DNA from: Ruminococcus albus 7 = DSM 20455
GTDB lineage: Bacteria; Bacillota; Clostridia; Oscillospirales; Ruminococcaceae
Assembly (NCBI RefSeq): GCF_000179635.2
Contig: NC_014833.1
Coordinates: 780,001 to 812,000 of the forward strand
DNA length: 32,000 nt
Direction of reading: 5' to 3'
A program made the position numbers and the translations under genes. This document shows, piece after piece, positions 31,640 through 32,000 of the stretch; position 1 is the first letter of the stretch; every line of letters begins with the position of its first letter. The notes under the pieces were generated by a model. That model saw only the letters and a list, made by a program, of their open reading frames with translations. It had not been told where the DNA came from and ran no database searches.

Positions 31640-32000
31640 GCTTACCGAACAGGCTTTTCACGCCATCCATGATATCGTCATATTGTATCTTTTTCGCATA
31701 AGGATACTTCTTCTGATATGCACCCCATAGCTTATGCAGGGTATTGTCTTCGTTGATATTTGCTATTATTGCCGGAGCGTTTTGTATCAGGTTCACTGTG
31801 CCGCGCTTCTGACAGGCCGCATCAAAGGCTTCTCTGAACACCGTACCGTCTATCTTGTTCTCATACAAAGAAAGAAGGATATAGATGTCATAGAAATCTC
31901 TCATACGGGTATTAAGCACGCTTCTTGCAAGGATAGTCCGGAGCTTTTCTGCAAGTATCGTTTCGAGATCATATGACCACAGCTTTATCGAACGGTCATC
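31632..32000 (-). CDS. C-terminal part of a second AbiEii-like nucleotidyltransferase; its 5' end lies beyond the window
   Basis: The reading frame stays open upstream of the listed GTG (31919) to nt 32000 (...DDRSIKLWSYDLETILAEKLRTILARSVLNTRMRDFYDIYILL). ETILAEKL and RDFYDIY are AbiEii hallmarks. Confidence 0.6.
   Translation of the reverse strand, partial: DDRSIKLWSYDLETILAEKLRTILARSVLNTRMRDFYDIYILLSLYENKIDGTVFREAFDAACQKRGTVNLIQNAPAIIANINEDNTLHKLWGAYQKKYPYAKKIQYDDIMDGVKSLFGKLA

Noticed and set aside
1-32000. CRISPR arrays or rRNA genes.
   Set aside because: I saw no regularly spaced direct repeats and no rRNA-like conserved stretches on either strand.

Overview
This is a mosaic accessory (defence-island) region of a low-GC, Firmicutes-like genome, judging by AGGAGG-type RBSs and TTG/GTG starts. 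There is no rRNA and no CRISPR array.

(1) 1-7018, AT-rich, + strand: a tightly packed operon. It holds the tail of an R-M-type ORF, an Eco57I/TaqI-type N6-adenine methyltransferase, an RloC-like AAA_13 ATPase (putative anticodon nuclease), an Mrr-type endonuclease and an OLD-like ABC-ATPase+Toprim nuclease.

(2) 7029 to about 16350, visibly GC-richer: remnants of an integrative/mobilisable element.
- A TnpV-like gene is split by an IS66-family insertion (7485-10492, perfect 8-bp TSD). The IS has a frameshifted tnpC and an extra passenger ORF.
- Next come a tyrosine integrase, a CHC2 primase-like protein, an excisionase-type HTH and a RepA/AAA_25-like ATPase.
- These are followed by a 1.1-kb hairpin-rich non-coding spacer, a MobC-like protein, a small ORF and an SSB-like protein. 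No relaxase is present.

(3) 16483-26131, AT-rich: a seven-gene operon. It encodes a 78-aa protein, a MORC/MutL-like GHKL ATPase, a Z1/SF2 ATPase, a PD-(D/E)xK protein, AIPR, a Dcm C5-methyltransferase and Vsr. As far as I recall, the first five match the gene content of the mzaABCDE defence system.

(4) 26232-27695: an acidic hypothetical protein, then a consensus promoter, a 39-codon Ser/Tyr/Leu-rich ORF and an intrinsic terminator. An array of five tRNA/tRNA-like genes with an embedded XRE-type HTH gene follows immediately. I consider this the most unusual part of the window.

(5) 27779-32000: an operator-guarded AAA_14/DUF4143-type ATPase and a DUF3592-like membrane protein, followed by an AbiEi/AbiEii pair. 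A DUF1016 gene fragment and a second AbiEii-like gene, which runs off the right edge, close the window.

All protein-family calls rest on motifs I recognise by eye. No database search was run.
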